From Proteiniphilum sp. (GTDB lineage Bacteria; Bacteroidota; Bacteroidia; Bacteroidales; Dysgonomonadaceae): a stretch of 38,334 bases of DNA. Each line of letters opens with the position of its first letter. Position 1 is the stretch's first letter. The notes beneath the pieces were generated by a model that was not told the origin of the DNA, did not search any database, and was given only the letters and a program-made list of their open reading frames with translations. A program made the translations under genes and the position numbers. The stretch covers positions 1-38,334 of the forward strand of contig JBDKRY010000154.1 of assembly GCA_039683155.1 (NCBI GenBank), written 5' to 3'. Below are positions 27,686 to 36,937 of this stretch, piece by piece.

Positions 27686-28795
27686 TTATTTTCTGAATAA
27701 CACGGTCACCTTTAGACAAAGATCGAGGAAAATGATTCTTGCATTGCCGTTTTGCTCTATTTGCCGGTGTGCCAGCGAAAACTCCTCATTGAAGGCTTCG
27801 ATGTTCCTCTCGTTGATGTAGGGAGCAAAACGCTCACCGAACTGCCTCTCATCCTCATTCAGGTAGACCATCTCCGGCTCACGGAGGTTGCTCACGAAGT
27901 ATTCACGGAACATGCGCAAGGCATAGAGGAGGTAGCTTTTCTGCATCTCCCGGCCTATGCCCGCCAGTTCGTTGGCGATCTCTTTGATGGCTTTGATGTT
28001 GCCCGATACCGATGCGCGCATCATCTTTATAAACAGCTCGAAGAAAAACTTTGTCTCTTCGGAAGAGGCAATTAACGCAATGGCCTTGGTGAAGCTGCCA
28101 TTGGCAATATGGGCATAAGACTGGGCATCGGCGCGTTCCAGACCGTATTGCTGTTGTATGGCGGCCACCATCTCCTTGTTTTCAATGGCACGGATATGGA
28201 GGGGCTGGCATCGCGACCAGATAGTCTGCAATACACTCTCCCGATCTTCCGACACAAGCAGAAACACCGTATGTTCCGGGGGCTCTTCCACCATTTTCAG
28301 CAGTTTATTGGCGCAGGCATCGTGCATCTTTTCGGGCAGCCAGACGATCATGATCTTGTAGGGGGCTTCATAGACCTTGAGGTTGAGCTTGCGGATGATC
28401 TCGTCGCTCTCTTTCGCATAAATCACACCCTGGGCATTCTGCGCCTGGATGAAGTTGAGCCAGTGGTTGAGGTTGAAATACTTGTTTTGGGATAAGAACG
28501 TACGCCATTGCGGCAGGTATTCGTCGCTTACCTTCGACTTCACCACGGGAAAGACGAAGTGAAGATCGGGGTGAGCCAGCTTATCGAACTTATGGCAGGA
28601 GGGACACTCGCCGCACGCGTCGTGGGGGCCGCGACGGGCACAGTTGAGGTAGCGCGCATAGGCGATGGCCAATGGCAGCTTCCCCACCCCTTCGGGTCCG
28701 TAAAAGATGCGGGCATGCGGCACCAGCCCCCGCTGTACGGAGTCTGTAAGATGCTGTTTCACATCGTGAAGCCCTATGACGTCTCTGAAGTACAT
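27686..28795 (-). CDS. holB: DNA polymerase III delta' subunit
   Basis: PHARIFYGPEGVGK, Zn finger C..ACGECPSC, HPDLHF, ANKLLKMVEEPP, TIWSRC. ATG overlaps the metF stop (TGATG). Confidence 0.92.
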   Translation of the reverse strand: MYFRDVIGLHDVKQHLTDSVQRGLVPHARIFYGPEGVGKLPLAIAYARYLNCARRGPHDACGECPSCHKFDKLAHPDLHFVFPVVKSKVSDEYLPQWRTFLSQNKYFNLNHWLNFIQAQNAQGVIYAKESDEIIRKLNLKVYEAPYKIMIVWLPEKMHDACANKLLKMVEEPPEHTVFLLVSEDRESVLQTIWSRCQPLHIRAIENKEMVAAIQQQYGLERADAQSYAHIANGSFTKAIALIASSEETKFFFELFIKMMRASVSGNIKAIKEIANELAGIGREMQKSYLLYALRMFREYFVSNLREPEMVYLNEDERQFGERFAPYINERNIEAFNEEFSLAHRQIEQNGNARIIFLDLCLKVTVLFRK

Positions 28796-29745
28796 CAATA
28801 AATCTCACTGGCTACTCTGTACACACTCTCCGTTGCCCCTAACGCATAAAAATGAATGCTGGGAACATGATGTTCAATAAGTTCCCTGCACTGACGGATG
28901 CACCACGCCACACCTGCCTCTTTTGCTTCGTCGTCATCCCTGCACCGGCGAAGTTCCTGTTCGAGCTCTGCGGGGATATCTGACCGGAATATCTGTGGCA
29001 GCACGGTGAGCTGGCTTTTCAGATGGATCGGTTTTATTCCCGGGATAATGGGTACGGTGATTCCTGCAGCACGACAGCGATCCACGAAGGCGAAATACTT
29101 GCTGTTGTCGAAGAACATTTGCGTGACCAGATAGTCGGCACCCAGATCCACTTTCATTTTCGTATAGTAGAGCTCCGACTCCATGTTGGGCGATTCCTCA
29201 TGCTTCTCCGGGTAGCAGGCCATGCCGTAAGAGAACGGTGTCTCGGGAGGCGTGAAGGTGGAGCCGTCGTAGGCAATGCCTTTGTTAAAGTTGTTCACCT
29301 GCTCCTGCAGACCGGTGGCATGCGGGTGACAGTCCATACTCTTCTGCTGTGCATCAAGCTTCCTGGTGTCGCCTCTCAGCAGCAGCAAGTCGGTCACTCC
29401 CAGAAAGGAGAGGTCGATGAGCGCATATTCTGTCTCCTCTTTCGAAAAACCCTGAGAGATCATGTGGGGTACCGCTCTTATGCCGAAGCGGTTTTGGATG
29501 GCGGCAGCGATGGCTACTGATCCGGGACGTTTTCGCATATTCACCTTCCGGAAGACGCCATGGTCGTCTTCCTTGTAAATAGTTTCGCTGTGATGCGTGG
29601 TGATGTTGATGTATTTCGGATCAAACTCCTTCAAGCGGTCAATCGCATTAAATACCTGCTGAATGCTGTTCCCTTTCAACGGGGGCAACAGTTCGAACGA
29701 AAATGCCGTCTTCTGCGTATGGTCAATTAATTCCGAAACCTTCAT
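28795..29745 (-). CDS. metF: Methylenetetrahydrofolate reductase
   Basis: FSFELLPP, LLLRGD, YPEKH, VTQMFFD, PIIPGI, IHFY. Confidence 0.95.
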   Translation of the reverse strand: MKVSELIDHTQKTAFSFELLPPLKGNSIQQVFNAIDRLKEFDPKYINITTHHSETIYKEDDHGVFRKVNMRKRPGSVAIAAAIQNRFGIRAVPHMISQGFSKEETEYALIDLSFLGVTDLLLLRGDTRKLDAQQKSMDCHPHATGLQEQVNNFNKGIAYDGSTFTPPETPFSYGMACYPEKHEESPNMESELYYTKMKVDLGADYLVTQMFFDNSKYFAFVDRCRAAGITVPIIPGIKPIHLKSQLTVLPQIFRSDIPAELEQELRRCRDDDEAKEAGVAWCIRQCRELIEHHVPSIHFYALGATESVYRVASEIY

Positions 29746-29755
29746 ACCACTGAAT

Positions 29756-31078
29756 TTATTTAAATATCGCTCTTACCACATCCATGCCGTTGGCATACAA
29801 TACCAGGCCCAGCAGCAGGATCATACCGGCTATCTGTGCATATTCCATCAGTTTCTCGTTGGGCTTTCGCCGTGTAATCACCTCATAGATGAGGAACATG
29901 ACATGGCCGCCGTCGAGTGCGGGAATGGGAAGGATGTTCATGAATGCGAGGATGACCGACAGGAAGGCCGTCATCATCCAGAATGCCTGCCAGTTCCACT
30001 GCGGTGGGAACAGATTCCCGATGGCGCCAAAACCACCGAGAGAGGAGGCACCCTCTTTTGTGAAGACATACCTGAACTGGGCTACATAATCTTTCAGCGT
30101 TTGAATACCCATTCCGATTCCGGCCGGAAACGACTCGAAGAAACCATAGGTGCGTGTGACGGTCCGGTAGATCTGGGGAGCCCCCATGGCATAGAAGCCC
30201 AGTGTCCCGGCAGAATCGACCTGTACGGCGGTGGCATGCAGTGTACCGCTGCGGTAATAATCGAGCATCACCTCCCGGTTACGGTTGGTGTCGAGAGCGG
30301 TGCGCAGGTCAGCGAACAGGGGCGTGGGCACACTGTTCACGCCGACGATGCTGTCGCCGGGCATTAACCCGGCCTTATCGGCAGCGCTCCCCTCCATGGT
30401 CTGATAGACCACGGCAGGAACCCGGTAGGTGGCAAAACCCTCCTTGTCGGCCAGCAGGTTTTGCATCAGTCCCTCCTGTATGGTCAGTTCGGCCTCTTGT
30501 CCGTTACGCAGCACGGTGACGGTTTCGGCGTTTGCCACATCGAGCAGGGTACGCACACCGAAGCGTTCCAGCTCCTTGTCGTCGGCCCTGAGCAGAATAT
30601 CGCCATCCTGGAAGCCGGCATTTTTTGCGGCCTGACTAAACTCCATCCCCTGGGTTACATTTTTTAGCGGAAGGTAGGTATCGTTCCAGGTGAAAAGCAC
30701 CATGGAATAAATAAAAAATGCCAGCAGCAGGTTGAAAAGCACCCCGGCAACCATCACCAGCAATCTTTGCCAGGCCGGTTTGGCGCGGAACTCCCAGGGT
30801 TGGGCAGGTTGTGACATCTGTTCTTTATCCATCGACTCGTCGATCATCCCGGATATTTTTACATAGCCGCCGAGGGGCAGCCAGCCTATTCCGTACTCGG
30901 TATGGCTGTTTTTGGGTTTGTATCTGAAAAGTGCGAACCAGGGATCAAAAAAGAGATAAAACTTCTCTACCCTGATCCTGAACATCCGCGCGAAAATATA
31001 ATGGCCGAATTCGTGAACGATGACCAAAATCGATAAACTCACAATGAGTTGCAGTGCCTTAATTAAAAATATCTCCAT
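29756..31078 (-). CDS. rseP: RIP metalloprotease RseP
   Basis: HEFGH, PLGGYV, PDZ domains, NILPIPALDGG. Confidence 0.96.
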   Translation of the reverse strand: MEIFLIKALQLIVSLSILVIVHEFGHYIFARMFRIRVEKFYLFFDPWFALFRYKPKNSHTEYGIGWLPLGGYVKISGMIDESMDKEQMSQPAQPWEFRAKPAWQRLLVMVAGVLFNLLLAFFIYSMVLFTWNDTYLPLKNVTQGMEFSQAAKNAGFQDGDILLRADDKELERFGVRTLLDVANAETVTVLRNGQEAELTIQEGLMQNLLADKEGFATYRVPAVVYQTMEGSAADKAGLMPGDSIVGVNSVPTPLFADLRTALDTNRNREVMLDYYRSGTLHATAVQVDSAGTLGFYAMGAPQIYRTVTRTYGFFESFPAGIGMGIQTLKDYVAQFRYVFTKEGASSLGGFGAIGNLFPPQWNWQAFWMMTAFLSVILAFMNILPIPALDGGHVMFLIYEVITRRKPNEKLMEYAQIAGMILLLGLVLYANGMDVVRAIFK

Positions 31079-31091
31079 TCTATTTTAATGT

Positions 31092-31187
31092 GTTGATTCG
31101 TTGATTCGATGATTTGTTGATTTGCTGATTTGTTGATTTGCTGATTTGTTGATTCGACAATTCGTTGATTTGTTGATTCGATAATTT
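31092..31187. repeat. Tandem array of 12 x 8-bp units (G(T/C/A)TGATT(T/C))
   Basis: Counted directly; occupies almost the entire dxr-rseP gap. Confidence 0.92.
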
Positions 31188-31188
31188 G

Positions 31189-32349
31189 CTAATGAAGCAT
31201 GTTCGTGATGATTTCACGGGTCTCCTGATCGGTTTGCAGATAATCATCGAGCGTAGGCTCTTTAACAAAGGGGACTTGCTGCAGGGCTTGTTCTATCAAA
31301 CGGCTCATCTGCATGAAGCCGATGCGTTCCTGCAAAAACAGGGATACAGCCACTTCATTCGCTGCATTGAGGATGCAGGGCATGTTCCCCCCTGTATGCA
31401 CAGCTTCGTAGGCATAACCCAGGTTGGGGAATCTGTCCGTGTCGGGCTTCTCAAAGGTAAGCTGCGCCAGCTCGAAGAAATTCAGCGGTGCGATGCCGGA
31501 CTTCAACCTCAGGGGATAGGAGAAGGCATACTGTATGGGTATACGCATATCGGGCTGTCCCAACTGGGCCATCACCGCACCGTCTTCGAACTGCACCATG
31601 GAGTGGATGATGGACTGGGGATGTATCAGCACCTCTATTTGTGCAGGTTCCACCCCAAAAAGCCATTTGGCTTCGATCATCTCGAATCCCTTGTTGATCA
31701 GTGTGGATGAATCGATGGTCACCTTATCACCCATGTTCCAGTTGGGATGAGCCAGTGCCTGCGCTTTGGATACCTTCTTCAGCGCTGCTTTTGAATATGT
31801 CCTGAAAGGTCCGCCCGATGCTGTGAGCAGGATCTTATCGATTGTATTATTTCCCTCCCCGTTGAGACACTGAAAAATGGCGGAATGTTCCGAGTCGACC
31901 GGCAAAACGGCAGCGTGGTGTTTCAACGCCAGCGAGGTAATCAGCTCTCCGGCTACCACCAAAGTCTCTTTATTGGCCAAAGCGATGGCTTTCCCGGCAA
32001 TGATGGCGTTGATGGTAGGCTTCAATCCGCAGATGCCGACCATGGCAGTGAGCACCATGTCGATCTGCGCATCCTGTACCACCTCCTCAATGGCGCTGCT
32101 GCCGCACCATACCTTGATGGGCAGGTCGACCAGGGCTTCTTTCAGCTGCGCGTACCGCGATTCATTTGCAATCACCACCACCTCCGGGAGGAAGGTGCGG
32201 GCCTGCTGAATGAGCAGCTCCACCTTATTATTGGCCACCAGCGCATATGCGGCAAACCTGTCGGGATGCCGTGAAATAACGTCCAGTGCCTGCGTTCCGA
32301 TGGAACCGGTAGAGCCTAAAATGGCGATGTTTCTTTTTTTTACTTCCAT
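31189..32349 (-). CDS. dxr: 1-deoxy-D-xylulose-5-phosphate reductoisomerase
   Basis: LGSTGSIG, LANKE, PVDSEHSAIFQ, TASGGPF, HPNWNMG, NKGFEMIEA. Confidence 0.98.
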   Translation of the reverse strand: MEVKKRNIAILGSTGSIGTQALDVISRHPDRFAAYALVANNKVELLIQQARTFLPEVVVIANESRYAQLKEALVDLPIKVWCGSSAIEEVVQDAQIDMVLTAMVGICGLKPTINAIIAGKAIALANKETLVVAGELITSLALKHHAAVLPVDSEHSAIFQCLNGEGNNTIDKILLTASGGPFRTYSKAALKKVSKAQALAHPNWNMGDKVTIDSSTLINKGFEMIEAKWLFGVEPAQIEVLIHPQSIIHSMVQFEDGAVMAQLGQPDMRIPIQYAFSYPLRLKSGIAPLNFFELAQLTFEKPDTDRFPNLGYAYEAVHTGGNMPCILNAANEVAVSLFLQERIGFMQMSRLIEQALQQVPFVKEPTLDDYLQTDQETREIITNMLH

Positions 32350-32480
32350 GCAGGAGTATCATTGTCGGGTAAAACATGCAAAGATAATAAAAATAAGGGT
32401 TCATTCACGAGGTAATATACGCTGATTTGCGAAATAGCGCTGAAATCACCTTACTTCAAACAGACCATGACCCGGGCCGA

Positions 32481-33488
32481 TTAACAGGTCATAAAATCGG
32501 ATATCTGCTGCAATGCATCTCCGATGCTGTGGGCTACCACCGACTTGCCATCACGGGTGATGATCCAGCGTCTTTGCACCTCATCCACAAGCAGTTCTAC
32601 AGGTGCATCCGGAGAAATCCGGTACCCTTTTCTTGTGAGAGCCTTCGTGGTCCAGCGGGCCATCAGGCTGTTCGGATACTGCACCCGCGTAGCAATTGAT
32701 TTATCGAGAAGCTTCTGCACGACAAAACTGCCGTATTCTTTATCGAATTCATAGGAGGGGTGATGAAATACTGTATCGAAACTACCATTGAGCACCATAT
32801 CTTCGGGCACGCCTACGGTAACGCCCTTCTCCTTCTCCATAAGCCACAGCTTATCGGCTACCTGCATGGCTGTCTCCAGTTCATGGGTGGAGATAAAAAT
32901 GGTTTTTCCTGTCTCACGTGCCAGCTTTTGTAGCAGCAGCAGGATGTTGATGCGGTTGGGCAGATCGAGGTGCGAAGTGGGTTCATCGAGCAGGATCACC
33001 GGCGTATCCTGTGCCAGTGCGCGGGCAATGAAGACCCTTTGCCGCTCTCCGTCGGACAGTTCATGGATGTTTCTCTCCTCAAACCCCTGCAGGTAGGTCA
33101 TCTCTATTGCCCGGCTGATGATCCTGTTATCCTCATCCGTGAGGCTGCCCAGCCACCCGGTGTAGGGATCGCGCCCGATGGAGATCAGCTCCCTCACGGT
33201 GAACGATGCCACGGACTGTTGCTCCGTGAGTACTACCGACAGCAGCCTTGCCCTTCTTTTAGGGCTTATCTGTGTCAGGTTCTCGCCATTGAGCAGCATG
33301 GTTCCCTCCCAGATGGGCTGCAGGCAGGCGATGGATCGCAACAGGGTTGATTTTCCACAGCCGTTCTTTCCGATCAGCGCGATCAGCTCACCTTCACCCG
33401 CAGTGAGTGAGAGATCGGACTGCACAATCCTTGTTCCGTGTTTGGCAGGATAACCGATGGTTACATGAGAGAGTTGGAGAAAGGGCAT
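32481..33488 (-). CDS. ABC transporter ATP-binding protein (iron-siderophore/cobalamin FepC/BtuD-like)
   Basis: GKNGCGKST, GRDPYTGW, LSDGERQR, LAQDTP..LDEPTSHLD. Start at ATG 33488. Confidence 0.85.
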   Translation of the reverse strand: MPFLQLSHVTIGYPAKHGTRIVQSDLSLTAGEGELIALIGKNGCGKSTLLRSIACLQPIWEGTMLLNGENLTQISPKRRARLLSVVLTEQQSVASFTVRELISIGRDPYTGWLGSLTDEDNRIISRAIEMTYLQGFEERNIHELSDGERQRVFIARALAQDTPVILLDEPTSHLDLPNRINILLLLQKLARETGKTIFISTHELETAMQVADKLWLMEKEKGVTVGVPEDMVLNGSFDTVFHHPSYEFDKEYGSFVVQKLLDKSIATRVQYPNSLMARWTTKALTRKGYRISPDAPVELLVDEVQRRWIITRDGKSVVAHSIGDALQQISDFMTC

Positions 33489-33525
33489 TTTATTTCGGAT
33501 TCCGGGGGGGCAGGCATGGGTAGTT

Positions 33526-34047
33526 TCACGCATCCGTCAAACCTTCCGGGAGAAACATCTCAAGGATTTTTTTTTCTGCATCTATGGCCACGATAAAATC
33601 TTCTGCAGCAGGTATCAGGAGTTCTCGCTCTTCCTGCTGAACAATAAACAGCACGTTGAGCGTTGTACTGTCCACCTCCCGGATGATGCCAAGTGTATTG
33701 CCGTGCTGATCCACAATGGTGTATCCCACAAAGGACTCCCAGTCGTCGCTGTCGGGCATATGCACCGCATTCACGGCTTCCCGGGGAAGAAAAACCTCCA
33801 GGTTGACATAGCGCGAAGCTGTTTTCTCATCGTTCACATCTTCGAACTTCACCCGGGCAGAGACATCGGTGGTGAAGGTGAACTCCTCCACGAAAAAGGG
33901 TACGGGGATGCCGTCTATTTCCAGGAAATAGTATTCCGCATCAATATCGGCATACTCCGCCTTCTGAAAGAGCACCATGATTTCGCCCCTGATACCGTAG
34001 GGTTTCTGCGTATGCCCTACCCAAAGAATATCTTCCCTGGAGATCAT
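33526..34047 (-). CDS. rimM: Ribosome maturation factor RimM
   Basis: VGHTQKPYGIRGE, DGIPVPFF, ELLIPA, LPEGL. Confidence 0.93.
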   Translation of the reverse strand: MISREDILWVGHTQKPYGIRGEIMVLFQKAEYADIDAEYYFLEIDGIPVPFFVEEFTFTTDVSARVKFEDVNDEKTASRYVNLEVFLPREAVNAVHMPDSDDWESFVGYTIVDQHGNTLGIIREVDSTTLNVLFIVQQEERELLIPAAEDFIVAIDAEKKILEMFLPEGLTDA

Positions 34048-34052
34048 CTGCG

Positions 34053-34646
34053 TTATTTTCTACGTTGAAACTTGATGTTCCTGAGTTTGTCGGGGTTGCC
34101 GTTCAACTTTACATTGGGGATAGAGTGTGTGTCAATATTCATATTTATTTTTCCCGCCGACAGCTCATACATATCATGGAATATTTTCTCATCATCCACA
34201 TCTTTGTTCCACTGGGTATAAGATCGTTTCATCTGGCTCAGCAACATCTTCAGCAGATGATCTTTCCGGGTGCTCTCTTCCATATCTGCAGCGATTGTGA
34301 TCATCTGCTCCAGTATTTTCCCATAATGACGATACCGCATGGTTGGTCTGCTGTATTCGAGATGACCGGGAGCAGTATACAACCCCTCCCGCGTGATCAC
34401 CTCGTACGGATAATCTATCTCCAGTTTAAAATCGGACATGATGGCCAGATGATCCCACAGGATATGCTTGAAATTATTTACATCGCGCAGGTGCGGGAAC
34501 ATATTTCCCATGATATCGATCACGGTGTAGGCACATTTTTTTCGTTCTTCGGGATCCTTTATGGATACGCAGTGGTCTACCATATTCTGGATATTGCGCC
34601 CGTATTCCGGCAAAAGCAGTTTTTCTTTTTGGGTGTTGTATTGCAT
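34053..34646 (-). CDS. DUF4290 domain protein
   Basis: MQYNTQKEKLLLPEYGRNIQNMVD, HILWDHLAIMSDF, YRHYG. Confidence 0.88.
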   Translation of the reverse strand: MQYNTQKEKLLLPEYGRNIQNMVDHCVSIKDPEERKKCAYTVIDIMGNMFPHLRDVNNFKHILWDHLAIMSDFKLEIDYPYEVITREGLYTAPGHLEYSRPTMRYRHYGKILEQMITIAADMEESTRKDHLLKMLLSQMKRSYTQWNKDVDDEKIFHDMYELSAGKINMNIDTHSIPNVKLNGNPDKLRNIKFQRRK

Positions 34647-34653
34647 TTTATCT

Positions 34654-34750
34654 TTAGTTATCAGCATTCAGTATTCAGTATTCAGTATTCAGTATTCAAT
34701 CATCAGTTCTCAGTGCTTCGTGCTTCGTGCACAATTGTCCGTTGTCAGTC
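34654..34750. repeat. Heptamer array (TCAGTAT core, then TTCGTGC and TCCGTTG variants)
   Basis: ttagtta tcagcat tcagtat x4 tcaatca tcagttc tcagtgc ttcgtgc x2 ...; fills the glucosaminidase-DUF4290 gap. Confidence 0.85.
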
Positions 34751-34760
34751 TCTCTCGTGC

Positions 34761-35708
34761 CTATCTCAGCTTGAGCACATCTCCCTCCACGGGAACGTAT
34801 TCGTAACTCTTTTTGTTCAGGCGGTACAGGTTTTTGAGCTGGATACCATATTGTTGCGAGATGCTGTACATGGATTCGCCCACCTGCACCGTATGATATT
34901 CATAGGGTTTGTCGGCCCGTGTTTTCTTCTTCTGGAAATAAACGATATCACCTTCGCTCAATGGAAAATCTTCGGGCACCTCGTTGAACTTCAGGAGCTC
35001 TCTTTCGCTAAATCCAAACTCCCTGGCGATGCTGCCGAACGTATCACCATTTACAGCAATCACATATACCAGGTCATGGGTGATATAGGGTTGGTGCGTC
35101 CAGGAGACCTGCGCCGTTTCCTGCAGCCGTTGCGACTGCCGTTCACTGCGGCTGACCCCTCTGCGGTATTTCTTGTCATCGAAACGATACAGCTCGTAGT
35201 CTTCGATGATCTTGATCAGCTTGTTGGCATAAGCCTTGTCGGTGGCATAGCCGAACTTCTGCAGACCCCGGGCCCATCCTTTGTAATCGGTGGGCGACAA
35301 CGCAAACAAAGCACGGTAACGGCCTCCGTTAACAAGGAACTCGGAGTGATCCTGATAAGAATCTTCCACACGGTCATATTTACGGAAACAGTCGTTGGGC
35401 AAATCATCGGCAGCCTTTACTGCAGGCCCTCTCCAGCCGTTGTGGCACTTGATTCCGAAATGATTGTTGGAATGTCGTGCCAGATCGCTCATTCCAGCGC
35501 CCGACTCCAGAATACCTTGTGCAAGGGTGATAGATGCGGGAATTTCGTACAACTCCATGTGGGTAATGGCCAGATCGCTGTACCTGTCGATATAGTCTTC
35601 GTAGGTTCTCACCCTGTTTTGCCCGTACAACTCCGCCGCGACAAAGAAAAAAGAGAGAACGACAAAGAACGGTAAAAAAACGCTATATTTGTGCAACAAA
35701 ATCTGCAT
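34761..35708 (-). CDS. GH73 glucosaminidase with LysM domains (peptidoglycan hydrolase)
   Basis: Signal peptide, IPASITLAQGILESG, NNHFGIKC, GYATD, LysM repeats (GDTFGSIA; GESMYSISQQYG). Confidence 0.92.
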   Translation of the reverse strand: MQILLHKYSVFLPFFVVLSFFFVAAELYGQNRVRTYEDYIDRYSDLAITHMELYEIPASITLAQGILESGAGMSDLARHSNNHFGIKCHNGWRGPAVKAADDLPNDCFRKYDRVEDSYQDHSEFLVNGGRYRALFALSPTDYKGWARGLQKFGYATDKAYANKLIKIIEDYELYRFDDKKYRRGVSRSERQSQRLQETAQVSWTHQPYITHDLVYVIAVNGDTFGSIAREFGFSERELLKFNEVPEDFPLSEGDIVYFQKKKTRADKPYEYHTVQVGESMYSISQQYGIQLKNLYRLNKKSYEYVPVEGDVLKLR

Positions 35709-35714
35709 GAGGAT

Positions 35715-36194
35715 ATGAGAGAAATCAATTTAACCACAAAGATAGCTGTTTATCTGGTAGAGGAATGCTCCGAAGTGGAAAAAAATTTAATCGATGCTGC
35801 AAAAAGTGCCACAAAAAACGCTTACGCGCCCTACTCCCGGTTCAGGGTGGGTGCAGCAGTATTGCTGGAGAATGGCGGAATTATCTCCGGGAACAACCAG
35901 GAGAACGCCGCTTATCCTTCGGGCTTATGTGCCGAGCGGACCGCTCTTTTCTTTGCCAACGCCACCTACCCCGACCAAAAAGTGGAGGCCATTGCCATTG
36001 CCGCCTGGCACAACGGGCAGTTTACCCATGATGCCATCACCCCCTGTGGCGCCTGCCGGCAGGTATTATTGGAAGCAGAGAACCGTTTTCACTCACCCAT
36101 GAAGGTGCTGATGTATAGCGAGGAGGGCATCTATGTGGTGCCCGCCATAAAGGATCTGTTGCCGCTCAGCTTTGGGGATGAGATGTTGAAGTAA
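35715..36194 (+). CDS. cdd: Cytidine deaminase
   Basis: AYAPYSRFRVGAA, ENAAYPSGLCAER, PCGACRQ, LLPLSF. Confidence 0.95.
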   Translation: MREINLTTKIAVYLVEECSEVEKNLIDAAKSATKNAYAPYSRFRVGAAVLLENGGIISGNNQENAAYPSGLCAERTALFFANATYPDQKVEAIAIAAWHNGQFTHDAITPCGACRQVLLEAENRFHSPMKVLMYSEEGIYVVPAIKDLLPLSFGDEMLK

Positions 36195-36205
36195 ACACTC
36201 CGCGT

Positions 36206-36703
36206 CTAGAAGGAAGCTTCGTAAAGCGTGACCAGATACCACTTTTTATTGATCAGTGTGAAATAGTAATCGGCATAAATGCCGTTATTGATACCGCGTA
36301 TTTCCACTACGGCCGTATCGTTTCCGAAACGAACCACCTGATAGTACTGGTCATAGGGGCGGGTGAGGTAAGTGCTGTCGTAAGATAGATCGATCATCTC
36401 CCAGTCGTATTTTCCGATAGAATCGTGCATGGGCGCCATACCCTCGTGGCCAGTGTCGGGTATGATGACGCTGATGGGGAATTTAATCCGTTCAAACTGG
36501 AACGATTCTTCCGTGCTGAACTTATGGATAAACTGATCGAACGCCTCTTCGCCGGAAGCAGTCAAATCATCGGGATTGCTGCTGAGAGCCTCCCTTATCG
36601 TCTTTTCTCCACCCTGTTCCATGTTCTTCTTACCCGAACCCTGGGAACAGGAGATGAAAAGGAAAATACATAAACAGGGAAAGATTAGACCTGTTATTTT
36701 CAT
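36206..36703 (-). CDS. DUF4348-like lipoprotein
   Basis: Lipobox FISC, EAFDQFIHKF...FQFERIKFP, NGIYADYYF..KWYL. Confidence 0.75.
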   Translation of the reverse strand: MKITGLIFPCLCIFLFISCSQGSGKKNMEQGGEKTIREALSSNPDDLTASGEEAFDQFIHKFSTEESFQFERIKFPISVIIPDTGHEGMAPMHDSIGKYDWEMIDLSYDSTYLTRPYDQYYQVVRFGNDTAVVEIRGINNGIYADYYFTLINKKWYLVTLYEASF

Positions 36704-36937
36704 TGTCTTTTTTACGTTGATTTTTTTTCTTGCTGTATTTATTACCTTTGGGATGTAACGATTTTATGCTGCCGTTGCGCACCGACCGCAGGCAAATAAC
36801 CTATTCAAGTGCAAAGGTACAAAAAAAGTTGATACCCAAACAGTAAAGCGATTATTTTCTGAATATTTTATTTCTGAACCCTTCCCTGCCCCGGAAAAGA
36901 AAATATCCTTATCTTTGTTTTATTAAAACAACAGCGA

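Noticed and set aside
31080-31268. 62-aa ORF with NQQI repeats between dxr and rseP
   Set aside because: Overlaps the dxr 3' end out of frame and is explained by translation of the octamer array.
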